This document shows, in pieces, positions 36,603 to 45,043 of a stretch of 64,000 nt of DNA (positions are counted from its first letter, which is position 1; every line of letters starts with the position of its first letter). The stretch is from Coriobacteriia bacterium (GTDB lineage Bacteria; Actinomycetota; Coriobacteriia; Anaerosomatales; JAAXUF01): NCBI GenBank assembly GCA_038245725.1, contig JBBRSD010000004.1:107599-171598 (forward strand), given 5' to 3'. The notes below the pieces were generated by a model. The model was not told the DNA's origin. It made no database searches and was given only the letters and a program-made list of their open reading frames with translations. The translations under genes were made by a program, and so were the position numbers.

Positions 36603-38279
36603 CTAGACCTCCATAACGACAGGAATGATCATCGGACGGCGACGGATGCGCTCCCAGAGTAGCTGGGACAGGGATTCGCGAACCGCATTCTTGATGACTT
36701 TCTGATCCGTCGCGCCCTCTTTGGCTGTCTTCGCGAGCGTCTTGGCGATTCGCGCCCGGGCCTCGATCAGCAGCGGGTCGGTGTCGCCACCGAGCACCAG
36801 TCCACGTGTGACAAGTTCCGGTTCGCCAACGGGACGTCCGGTCTGCCCGTCGATGGCGATGATGATCGTCGCGATGCCGTCCTGCGCGAGGAGCTGACGG
36901 TCGCGGAGCACGACTTTGCCGACGTCGCCGACTGAGAGCCCGTCAACATAGACGACGCCGTGCTCGACGCTTTCCGCGACGCGCGCGCCGTCATCGCCGA
37001 TTTCCAAGCAATCTCCGTTGTCGAGGACGAAGACGTCCTCGTCGTACATGCCGATGTCATGGGCAAGTCGCGCGTGTGCCGCGAGGTGGCGGGTCTCACC
37101 GTGGATCGGCATGAAGTACGTGGGCTGCGCGAGGTTGAGCATCAGTTTGAGTTCTTCGGACGCGGCGTGCCCCGAGACGTGAACCAACATCGAACCCTTG
37201 TGCAGCACGAGGGCGCCGGCCTTGGTAAGGCGGTTGATGACGCGGCTCACGGCCTTCTCGTTGCCCGGCACCGGTGACGCCGAGATGACCACGGTGTCAC
37301 TTGACTGAACCTGCACCGTGCGGTGATCGCCGTTCGCCATGCGCGCAAGTGCGGAGAGCGGCTCGCCCTGACTGCCCGTGCACAGAACGACGATCTTCTC
37401 GGAGGGGAGGCCTCCGGCATCAAACGCGTCCACGATCCAATCCTCGTCGATCTTCAAGTACCCGAGCTCGCGAGCGATCTTGGTGTTGGTGACCATCGAG
37501 CGACCTGTCACCACGACCTTGCGGCCTGCAGCAACGGCGGCGTCGCACACCTGCTGGATGCGATGGATGTGGCTCGAGAACGACGCGACGATGACCCGCT
37601 GCTCGGCAGAGCCGATGATTTCGCGCAGAGTGCGCCCGACCTCCGCTTCAGAGAGCGTCGTGCCGCGGGTCTCGGCGTTGGTGGAGTCGCTCATCAGCAG
37701 ATCGACACCGCTCTTCGCAAACTTCGAGATCGCGCCGTAGTCGGTGAGCCGCCCGTCGATCGGCGTCTGGTCGAGTTTGAAGTCGCCCGTATGCAGCACG
37801 CTGCCTGCCGGAGTGCGGATGAAGACGCCCACAGCATCAGGTATCGAGTGGTTCACGGCGAAGAAGTCGAAGCCGAAGCTGCCGAGCGAGACATGGCCGC
37901 CGGCGTGGATCTCCCGCAACTTTGCCTTCTTGAGCTTGTGCTCGTCGAGCTTGCCTTTGATCAGACCGAGCGTGAGCTTGGTGCCCAACACCGGGACGTT
38001 GGGCCCGAGCTCTTTGAGCAGATACGGCAACGCACCCGTGTGATCCTCGTGCCCGTGAGTGATGACGATGCCTTTGAGTTTCTCTTTGCGCTTAGTGATG
38101 TAGGAGAAGTCAGGCAGTATCAGGTCGACCCCGGGGTGATCGTCGTCGGGAAACATGATGCCGGCGTCGACAACGACCATCTCGTCGCCATACTCGAACA
38201 CCGTCATGTTCTTTCCGACTTCGTCGAGCCCGCCTAGCGGAATCACACGAAGTCGGAGCGGTTTCTGTGATTTGGACAT
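36603..38279 (-). CDS. rnj: Ribonuclease J
   Basis: ORF 36603-38408. Start set to ATG 38279 (MSKSQKPLRLRVIPLGGLDEVGKNM). Metallo-beta-lactamase motif ITHGHEDHTG. Beta-CASP and C-terminal domain. Confidence 0.9.
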   Translation of the reverse strand: MSKSQKPLRLRVIPLGGLDEVGKNMTVFEYGDEMVVVDAGIMFPDDDHPGVDLILPDFSYITKRKEKLKGIVITHGHEDHTGALPYLLKELGPNVPVLGTKLTLGLIKGKLDEHKLKKAKLREIHAGGHVSLGSFGFDFFAVNHSIPDAVGVFIRTPAGSVLHTGDFKLDQTPIDGRLTDYGAISKFAKSGVDLLMSDSTNAETRGTTLSEAEVGRTLREIIGSAEQRVIVASFSSHIHRIQQVCDAAVAAGRKVVVTGRSMVTNTKIARELGYLKIDEDWIVDAFDAGGLPSEKIVVLCTGSQGEPLSALARMANGDHRTVQVQSSDTVVISASPVPGNEKAVSRVINRLTKAGALVLHKGSMLVHVSGHAASEELKLMLNLAQPTYFMPIHGETRHLAAHARLAHDIGMYDEDVFVLDNGDCLEIGDDGARVAESVEHGVVYVDGLSVGDVGKVVLRDRQLLAQDGIATIIIAIDGQTGRPVGEPELVTRGLVLGGDTDPLLIEARARIAKTLAKTAKEGATDQKVIKNAVRESLSQLLWERIRRRPMIIPVVMEV

Positions 38280-38450
38280 ACGCTCGTGCACGGTTCCTTT
38301 CGGCCGTGTCAGCGGCCTTTCCGGCAACGCCTTGTGGCGATGCAATATGTGGTGCGCAACCACCGCCGAGAAGGCGATGGGTTCCGTCTTTCTGAATACG
38401 CAGAGCACGGCCCGCCTCGCATTCGAGGTGGCAGGCGAGTCGCTGCGTAC

Positions 38451-39344
38451 CTACGCGAGCAGGCCGGAGTGGATCATGACCCGCTTGAGTTCGGCAGTCT
38501 GCTCGGCAGTCGCATCGATCAGCGGCAGACGCAACCCGCCCACGGGGAAACCCTGCAGCTCGAGGGCCTTCTTCACCATGATGGGGTTGCTGGTCATGAA
38601 GAGGGTCTTCATGAGCGGCGTCAGCTCAAGGTGCACCCGCAACGCGTGCGTGTGGTCCCCGGCTGCCTGCGCCTCGACCATCTCCTTGAACCTCGGGCCC
38701 GCGATGTGGCTGATCACGGAGATGACGCCTGTTCCTCCAAGCGCCATGAGCGGCAGCGTATCCTCGTCGTTGCCCGAAAGCACCTCAAAGCCCTCCGGCG
38801 CACCGTGAGTGAGCTCAGCGATCTGGCTCATGTTGCCCGACGCCTCTTTCACGGCGACGATGTTCTCGACATCGTTCGCAAGGCGAAGGGTGGTCTCAGC
38901 GGTCATGTTGATCACCGAACGCCCAGGGATGTTGTAGAGCACCACCGGCAGATCAACCGACTCTGCGATCGTGCGGAAGTGCTGGTAGAGGCCCTCTTGC
39001 GGGGGCTTGTTGTAGTACGGAACGACCGCCATGATGCCGTCGACTCCGAGCGCCGCGACCTCTTGCGCAAACGCCACGGAGTCAGCCGTGCAATTGTCGC
39101 CCGCGTTGGCGATGATCGGTGCTCGCCCGTCGACAGCCTCGACGACGGCTCGGAACAGGTCGAGCTTCTGGGGGTAGAAGACGGTGGGCGATTCGCCGGT
39201 CGTCCCGCAGACGACGAGCGCGTCGCTGCCCTCATCGAGCAGTTTGAGTGCCAGCTCCTGCGCCCTGGGCAGGTCCAGATCGAGTCCGGGCGTGAACGGA
39301 GTGACCATGGCCGTGATCATTCGGCCGAAACGCGGCGTGCTCAT
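38451..39344 (-). CDS. dapA: 4-hydroxy-tetrahydrodipicolinate synthase
   Basis: ORF 38451-39905 is over-extended. The true start is ATG 39344 (MSTPRFGRMITAMVTPF), giving 297 aa. GTTGES, YNKP and the active-site AVKEASG are present. Confidence 0.9.
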   Translation of the reverse strand: MSTPRFGRMITAMVTPFTPGLDLDLPRAQELALKLLDEGSDALVVCGTTGESPTVFYPQKLDLFRAVVEAVDGRAPIIANAGDNCTADSVAFAQEVAALGVDGIMAVVPYYNKPPQEGLYQHFRTIAESVDLPVVLYNIPGRSVINMTAETTLRLANDVENIVAVKEASGNMSQIAELTHGAPEGFEVLSGNDEDTLPLMALGGTGVISVISHIAGPRFKEMVEAQAAGDHTHALRVHLELTPLMKTLFMTSNPIMVKKALELQGFPVGGLRLPLIDATAEQTAELKRVMIHSGLLA

Positions 39345-39474
39345 GAGTTCGAGTCCCCTCGTGGCGAACCCGCTCATCACAGCGGGTGTTGAGTTCGTTT
39401 CTACTCGGCCTATTGTGCCACAGTGCACTGACATCCGCTGTCTCCGAACAGGGGCGTCACCGATGCGTTGCGTT

Positions 39475-40704
39475 CTACTCGGCCAGCTCGAAGCCGTCGT
39501 GAAGCGCCTGAATCGCCGCTTCAGAGCTCTCGGCGGACACGAGAACGCTGATCGTGGTGTGCGAGTCAGCGGCCTGGTACACGGCGACACCAGCGTTGTC
39601 GAGCAGCTCAGACATCTTCGCCATGACACCTGGGACGCCGTGCATCCCGGCTCCAACAAGCGTGACCTTAGCCAGGCCGCGTGTAATGGCGCAGCCCATG
39701 CCGAGACGCTCGAGCTCCTCCTCGACGAGTGCCAGCGAGTCCTCCGGCACGGTGAAGACGAGCCCATCGCCAGCAGGCGTGAACATGTCGAGCGACACGC
39801 CCGCCTCGGCCATCGCACGGTAGACGCGCGTCTGCGCGGCCATGTGATCACGCGTGCCCTCGCGATCACCGAGCGCCGCTCGTACGCGGGCGACCCCGTC
39901 CGCATGGCTCACGGCGGTTGCAACGCGATCGGGCCGGTACGCAGCGATGTCGGCGACCAGCGTGCCCGCGTGATCGCTGAAGGTGTTCTTCACCCGAACG
40001 GCGATCCCGGAGTTCAGCGCGAGTTCGGCGGCCGGCGTGTGCACGATGCGGCTTCCGGCCCTCGCCATCTGGAAGAGCTCGTCGGCGCGGATGACGTCGA
40101 GGACCTCGGTGCCGTCGCAGGTGCGAGGGTCTGCGGTCATGACCCCGTCGACGTCGGTGTAGATTTCGACTTCGTCGGCCTCGAGAGCCACACCGAGCGC
40201 GCACGCACTCGTATCGCTCCCGCCGCGTCCGAGCGTCGTGAGCGTCCCGTCATCAGCAAGTCCCTGGAAGCCGGCGACGACCGGCACCAGTCCCGCATCG
40301 ATCGCGGCCAGCAGTCGCGCTGGGTACACCTCCGTCACCGCCGCGTTGCCCGCGACACCGTCGGTGAACACGCCTGCCTCAGCACCTGAAAACGCAACGG
40401 CCTCGATTCCGGCCGCGCGAAGTCCTGCCGCCACGACGACCGCCGAGACGAGCTCCCCCACACTTGCGAGCAGGTCGAGTTCGCGCTCGCTCGCGGGCAG
40501 GTGGTCGACGAGACCCAGCAAGGTGTCGGTCGCATACGGCGCACCGCGACGCCCCATCGCGCTCACCACGAGCACCGGCGCCTTGCCGAGCTCGAGTGCA
40601 GCGCTCACGCGATGCGCGAGCGCCTCGCGACCGGTCTCATCGGCGACAGAGGTCCCGCCGAACTTCATCACGACGATCGGCTTGCGGGCGGCGCCTGTGC
40701 TCAC
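39475..40704 (-). CDS. lysC: Aspartate kinase (with C-terminal ACT domains)
   Basis: VVMKFGGTSVAD, GRGGSDTSA, tandem ACT region. Confidence 0.9.
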   Translation of the reverse strand: MSTGAARKPIVVMKFGGTSVADETGREALAHRVSAALELGKAPVLVVSAMGRRGAPYATDTLLGLVDHLPASERELDLLASVGELVSAVVVAAGLRAAGIEAVAFSGAEAGVFTDGVAGNAAVTEVYPARLLAAIDAGLVPVVAGFQGLADDGTLTTLGRGGSDTSACALGVALEADEVEIYTDVDGVMTADPRTCDGTEVLDVIRADELFQMARAGSRIVHTPAAELALNSGIAVRVKNTFSDHAGTLVADIAAYRPDRVATAVSHADGVARVRAALGDREGTRDHMAAQTRVYRAMAEAGVSLDMFTPAGDGLVFTVPEDSLALVEEELERLGMGCAITRGLAKVTLVGAGMHGVPGVMAKMSELLDNAGVAVYQAADSHTTISVLVSAESSEAAIQALHDGFELAE

Positions 40705-40707
40705 GCG

Positions 40708-41502
40708 CTACTCCCCCATCAACTTCTCGAGTCCGACGATGAGCCCGCTTCGCAATCCGACCTCTCGAACCGCGAGCACGACGCCGGGCATGAAGCTGGT
40801 CCGGTCGATCGAATCGTGTCGGATGGTGAGCGTTTGGCCCTGGCCGCCGAACAGCACCTCCTGGTGCGCAACGAGTCCCGGGAGCCGTACGGAATGAACG
40901 CTCACGCCGTCCACGAGCGCACCGCGCGCGCCCTCCATGCCGGGAAGCTCGGTCTCGCGACCAGGGACAGCCGGCGCCGCCCCGCGGACGCGCGCGATCA
41001 TGCGGGCAGTCAGGATCGCCGTCCCGCTGGGCGCATCGGCCTTTTTGTCGTGGTGGTATTCGGTGACCTCGACGTTGGGCATGTAGCGGGCGGCTTGCTG
41101 GGCGAACTGCATCATCAGCACCGCTCCGATCGCGAAGTTCGGTGCGAAGAACAGCGTGGTGTCCTCAGATGCGAGGTTCGCGAGCTCGGCAAGCTTCTCT
41201 TCCGAGACGCCCGTCGTGCCGACCACGCAGTCGACGCCCAGCGCAAGCGCCACGCGCAGGTTGCCCTCGACGACCGTTGGGTGCGTGAAGTCGACCATCA
41301 CGTCGGGATCGAGTTCGGCGATGACCTCTGCCAAGCCGGCTCGGCAAGCGAAGGTCACATGCTCGATGCCGGTGTCCACGCGCGCGTCGGTGGCTCCCGG
41401 GTCGACGCAAGCGACGACTTCCATGCCATCTGCGGCTGTGACCGCTCGAACGACTTCACGTCCCATTCTGCCGGCGGCGCCAGCAACCAGAACTCGAATC
41501 AT
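40708..41502 (-). CDS. dapB: 4-hydroxy-tetrahydrodipicolinate reductase
   Basis: ORF 40708-41619. Start set to ATG 41502 (MIRVLVAGAAGRMGREV) after AAAGGGAG. EYHHDKKADAPSGTA motif. Confidence 0.9.
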   Translation of the reverse strand: MIRVLVAGAAGRMGREVVRAVTAADGMEVVACVDPGATDARVDTGIEHVTFACRAGLAEVIAELDPDVMVDFTHPTVVEGNLRVALALGVDCVVGTTGVSEEKLAELANLASEDTTLFFAPNFAIGAVLMMQFAQQAARYMPNVEVTEYHHDKKADAPSGTAILTARMIARVRGAAPAVPGRETELPGMEGARGALVDGVSVHSVRLPGLVAHQEVLFGGQGQTLTIRHDSIDRTSFMPGVVLAVREVGLRSGLIVGLEKLMGE

Positions 41503-41530
41503 CTTTGCTCCCTTTAACTGCAGTATCAGA

Positions 41531-42784
41531 CTAGCCGAGGAGATGCTCGAGCTTATCGGCGGTGAAGGGACCGATGACGGCAAGCACCTTCTCGGCGGAA
41601 AGGACCTCTGCCGAGACACGCTTGATGTCGTCCATCGTCACGGCTTCGAAGCGCTCCATGATCTCGTCAGCCGAGAGGATCTCGCCGCCGGTGACGTCGT
41701 TCTTGCCCAAGCGCGTCATGCGGTTGCGGGTCGACTCCATCCCCAGCACAAGCTGGCCGGTGCCGGCCTGTCGAACGCGGTCGAGCTCGTCGGGGGTGAC
41801 GCCGTCCATCGCGACCCGCTCGACCTCGGTCTGAATGAGCCTGACGACCTCCTCGGCGTTGGAAGGGCGCGTGCCGGCGTAGATCGCGAACTCGCCGGTG
41901 TCCTGATACAGCGCCGAGAAGCTGTAGACAGCGTAGGCCAGTCCGCGCTTCTCGCGGATCTCCTGGAACAGGCGCGACGCCATGCCCCCGCCCAAAACGC
42001 CGTCAACGAGCGAAAGCGCGAAGCGGTCAGGGTGGTGTGCGTTCATCGTCGAGACGCCGTAGCAGATATGCGCCTGCTCGGTGTCCTTCTCCAGCACGGC
42101 AAGGCGCGACTTGCTCGCCGAATGCGCGACCGGACGAATGGAGCGCGGGCCGGCAGCGAGGCCGGCGAGCTTGCTTTCGGCCATCGCGACGAGCGCGTCA
42201 TGGTCGACGTTGCCCGCGGCGGCGACGACGCAGTTCCCGGTCAGGTAGTGGCGCGAACGGAACGCCACCGACTGCTCGTGATCGAAGCCGCCCACCGTCG
42301 CGCGGGAACCCAGGATGGGCAGGCCGATGGGGTGCTCGGGCCACAGCGCGTTGGAGAAGATCTCGTGAATGTGGTCGTCGGGGGCGTCCTCCATGCGCGC
42401 AATCTCTTCGATCACGACCTCCCGCTCGGAGGTGCAGCTCGCGTCGTCAAGATTGGCGTTGACGACCATGTCGGCGAGAAGGTCGAACGCCTTCTCGAGG
42501 TGTTCGTCGACGAAACGGCTGTAGTACGCCGTATATTCTTTACTGGTGAAGGCGTTGAGTTCCGCTCCCATGCGGTCGAAGTCCTCGGAGATGACGCGCG
42601 CGGTACGTGTTGGCGTCCCCTTAAACATCATGTGCTCCATGAAATGCGACATGCCGCCTTCAGGCGCCGTCTCATCGCGGCTGCCTACCGCGAACCAGAT
42701 GCCGAGCGTGATCGAGCGCACCGAGTCCACGGGCTCCGAGATGACGGTGACGCCGTTGTCGAGAACGGTCTTGCGATAGAACAT
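41531..42784 (-). CDS. M16 family zinc peptidase (PepR-like)
   Basis: Inverted zinc motif HFMEHMMFKGT. It lies upstream of dapB, as in the actinobacterial backbone. Confidence 0.85.
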   Translation of the reverse strand: MFYRKTVLDNGVTVISEPVDSVRSITLGIWFAVGSRDETAPEGGMSHFMEHMMFKGTPTRTARVISEDFDRMGAELNAFTSKEYTAYYSRFVDEHLEKAFDLLADMVVNANLDDASCTSEREVVIEEIARMEDAPDDHIHEIFSNALWPEHPIGLPILGSRATVGGFDHEQSVAFRSRHYLTGNCVVAAAGNVDHDALVAMAESKLAGLAAGPRSIRPVAHSASKSRLAVLEKDTEQAHICYGVSTMNAHHPDRFALSLVDGVLGGGMASRLFQEIREKRGLAYAVYSFSALYQDTGEFAIYAGTRPSNAEEVVRLIQTEVERVAMDGVTPDELDRVRQAGTGQLVLGMESTRNRMTRLGKNDVTGGEILSADEIMERFEAVTMDDIKRVSAEVLSAEKVLAVIGPFTADKLEHLLG

Positions 42785-42904
42785 GAAGGCCCCCTGTTGG
42801 ATTGGGTGAGGCTCGCGAAACGAGGCTGAACAGCGACCGTTAGAGGGTACCCGAATCAGCCCGGCACTGTGTATGCCGGTGGAGTTCGGTTTCGGGCCGC
42901 ACTC

Positions 42905-43912
42905 CTAGCGGTTCGGGCCCGCCGCCGCCAGAGCCGCGTACGTGGCCTCTGGCCAGTCTCGCCGACTTTCGATCCAATTCGCGAGGCGGCTTTCGGGCAG
43001 CTGAGACGCGGGTTCGAGAGCACCTTTTGCCGTCGGCTCGCCGTCGGTCTCGGCCGTGAGTGCCTGGACGGCGTGGTGCGGGTAACGCGTGCGCTCGAGC
43101 GTGTCGGCGATGAACTCCGTTTGCAGGTCTCGGCTGTAGCACTTTGTGCCCCGGACGGTCACGAGCTGAGGCAGTCGGAACATAGGTCCGACGGCTCGCA
43201 GGTTCCCGTCCACCTCACCAACGTAGGAAAAGCGCGTGGTCTCGACGAGGCTGAAGCCGCTGCCATTCAGCCCCGGTCCTCTACCGCGCACTGCCGTCGT
43301 TACGTGCGCCTGCGACGGAAACACGAACACGCCGGTGTCGTAGCCGGCCTTGGCAAGCAGACATGCGAGAAGCACGCTCTTGTCGGCGCATACACCGCGG
43401 TTCCCCGCGACCGTCACGACGGGCATGAAGGTGCTCTCGTGGAGCGTTCCATACGGAATCGCCTGGACGGCTCGCGCAACGAAGTCGACGTAATCATCAT
43501 CGGAGAGTCGCAGCGAAGCACGCACGGCGCACAAACGACTCGACATCGCCGAGACGAACGGGTCTCGGAGTTGCTCGGCGAAGAGTGCCTGCAGGGCCGC
43601 GCGGCGCACCGCCGGGTTCGTACCGAAGAGGGCGGAGCCGTCAACGCGGCGAGCTGCCGCGAGGTACCCGGTATCGACTGGCACGATGATGCTGAAGGTC
43701 GCACCGCGGTACGGGACCGACATCATCAGGTCGGTGGTGGCGCCCGACAGCCGAACGCGCTCGAGAGAGTTCAGCCCAGCGCGAAACGCGAGGTAGCTCT
43801 GCCACCCCGGAACCTGATCTTGGAGATAACCGAATGTGCTCGACGCGCACGCAAGCGCGACCGCCAGTACGAAGAGGCGGCCAAGAGCCAGTCTGAGGAC
43901 TCGGCCGGGCAC
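42905..43912 (-). CDS. Hypothetical secreted protein, possible transglutaminase-like cysteine peptidase fold
   Basis: Signal-like LALGRLFVLAVALACASS. Segment AGNRGVCADKSVLLACLLAKAGYDTGVFVFPSQAHV resembles the Cys...His core of transglutaminase-like proteins, by weak pattern recall. Confidence 0.45.
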   Translation of the reverse strand: MPGRVLRLALGRLFVLAVALACASSTFGYLQDQVPGWQSYLAFRAGLNSLERVRLSGATTDLMMSVPYRGATFSIIVPVDTGYLAAARRVDGSALFGTNPAVRRAALQALFAEQLRDPFVSAMSSRLCAVRASLRLSDDDYVDFVARAVQAIPYGTLHESTFMPVVTVAGNRGVCADKSVLLACLLAKAGYDTGVFVFPSQAHVTTAVRGRGPGLNGSGFSLVETTRFSYVGEVDGNLRAVGPMFRLPQLVTVRGTKCYSRDLQTEFIADTLERTRYPHHAVQALTAETDGEPTAKGALEPASQLPESRLANWIESRRDWPEATYAALAAAGPNR

Positions 43913-43921
43913 AGGGTCAGC

Positions 43922-44203
43922 CTAGTCCGTGCGCTTCGTGACCTCGATGAGGTGGTAACCGAACTGTGTCTTCACCGGGCCATGCACGACGCCGACCGCC
44001 TCGCTGAAGCAGACGTCGTTGAACTCCTTGACCATCTGACCGGGCGAGAACTCGCCAAGCTCGCCGCCGCTTGAGCTCGACGGACACGTAGAGTTCGCGC
44101 GGGCGATGTCGGCGAAGTCGGCGCCGGCCGCGATCTGCGCCTTGAGGTCCTCGGCCTGCTCAGCGGTGGGGACCAGAATGTGACGGGCGGATGCTCGTGC
44201 CAT
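43922..44203 (-). CDS. ppiC: Parvulin-type peptidyl-prolyl cis-trans isomerase (PpiC-like, 93 aa)
   Basis: ASARHILV ... CPSSSSGGELGEFSPGQMVKEFNDV ... GPVKTQFGYHLIEV. Confidence 0.85.
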   Translation of the reverse strand: MARASARHILVPTAEQAEDLKAQIAAGADFADIARANSTCPSSSSGGELGEFSPGQMVKEFNDVCFSEAVGVVHGPVKTQFGYHLIEVTKRTD

Positions 44204-44289
44204 GAGAAGTCTCCTTCGGATTGCCGAAACGGAACCTTACTGCAAATTGTAGTCCCCGTTGCAACCGCGCTCGATTCGTTCGCGGCATT

Positions 44290-44338
44290 GCCCCGAAACG
44301 ACAGAACCGGGCGGCTCCGAAGAGCCAACCCGGTTCTG
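44290..44338 (-). terminator. Rho-independent terminator after csp
   Basis: Stem CAGAACCGGG / CCCGGTTCTG (44302-44338) enclosing an inner GGCTC-CGAA-GAGCC stem (plus-strand notation). Followed on the minus strand by TCGTTTCGGGG. Confidence 0.6.
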
Positions 44339-44361
44339 CTATCAGTTACGAGAACTGAGAA

Positions 44362-44565
44362 CTAGAGCGCGCGGACGTTGGTCGCCTGCGGCTTGCCGTT
44401 CTGACCGGTGGCCTCGGTGAAAGAGACAGCCTGACCCTCGTCGAGAGACTTGAAGCCCTCGCTCTGGATCTCGGAGAAGTGAACGAAGAGATCGTCGCCA
44501 CCCTCGCGCTCGATGAAGCCATAACCCTTGTCAGCGTTGAACCACTTTACTTTACCTTCAGCCAT
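44362..44565 (-). CDS. cspA: Cold-shock protein (CspA family)
   Basis: ORF 44362-44613. Start at ATG 44565 ([33 protein letters not shown]), with RNP1/RNP2 motifs. RBS GAGAGGATGG. Confidence 0.95.
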   Translation of the reverse strand: MAEGKVKWFNADKGYGFIEREGGDDLFVHFSEIQSEGFKSLDEGQAVSFTEATGQNGKPQATNVRAL

Positions 44566-45043
44566 GCAAATCCATCCTCTCGCCCACTCAGGGGCAAAAA
44601 CAAAGCGACGCATCTACCGCACGAATGCGGCTAGTCACGTCGCAATCCACTAAGCCGAAATGGCTTATGCCGAGCACTCTAGCACGCATCTTTCTCAAAA
44701 GCCAGAAATGATGTCCCAACATGCCGTCTTGGCGGTTTGCGCTGGGCCTGGCCAACCCCTCTGAGCTGGCCATTTTCACCGCATCATGGCGAAAAGAGAT
44801 GTCACGCATTGCATTCAGCGCGTGGCTGACCCGCTTCCGCTCCCTGAGGACGCGGCCAGTCGCCTCGTCGTGACAAGAGCCGAATAGGCAACAGGCCGAT
44901 TCGCCCGTTCGCAACATCTCCGACACCGCTCTCAAGCGGCCCGCAGTCGAGGGCGCGCGCCGCGTCGACTTCACCGAGGAGGCTTTCCAACGAACAGTGC
45001 ACGTGCTCCTCGACGGGTACGCCACTCAAGAATGGTAGCGATC

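Noticed and set aside
39345-39474. Lysine (L-box) riboswitch between lysC and dapA.
   Set aside because: The region is only 130 nt and has one simple hairpin (CCCGCT-GTGATG-AGCGGG). That is far too short and lacks L-box features.
38451-39905. 484-aa ORF suggesting a DapA with a 187-aa N-terminal extension. Similar over-long ORFs occur for lexA, rny, RNase J, dapB, hflX, dapF, thpR and csp.
   Set aside because: The extensions overlap upstream genes or read through intergenic DNA with Arg/Ser/Pro-rich junk. Canonical N-termini with RBSs are found at internal starts.
42869-44074. Long ORFs antisense to the called genes. Examples: 42869-44074 (+) 401 aa, 12058-13158 (+), 13826-14779 (+), 35535-36662 (+), 41156-42829 (+), 45138-46538 (+), 56591-57886 (+), 61771-62667 (-), 62355-63107 (-).
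   Set aside because: These are typical shadow ORFs of high-GC DNA. Their translations are Arg/Ala/Pro/Ser-rich with no recognisable motifs, whereas the opposite strand encodes clearly recognisable conserved proteins.
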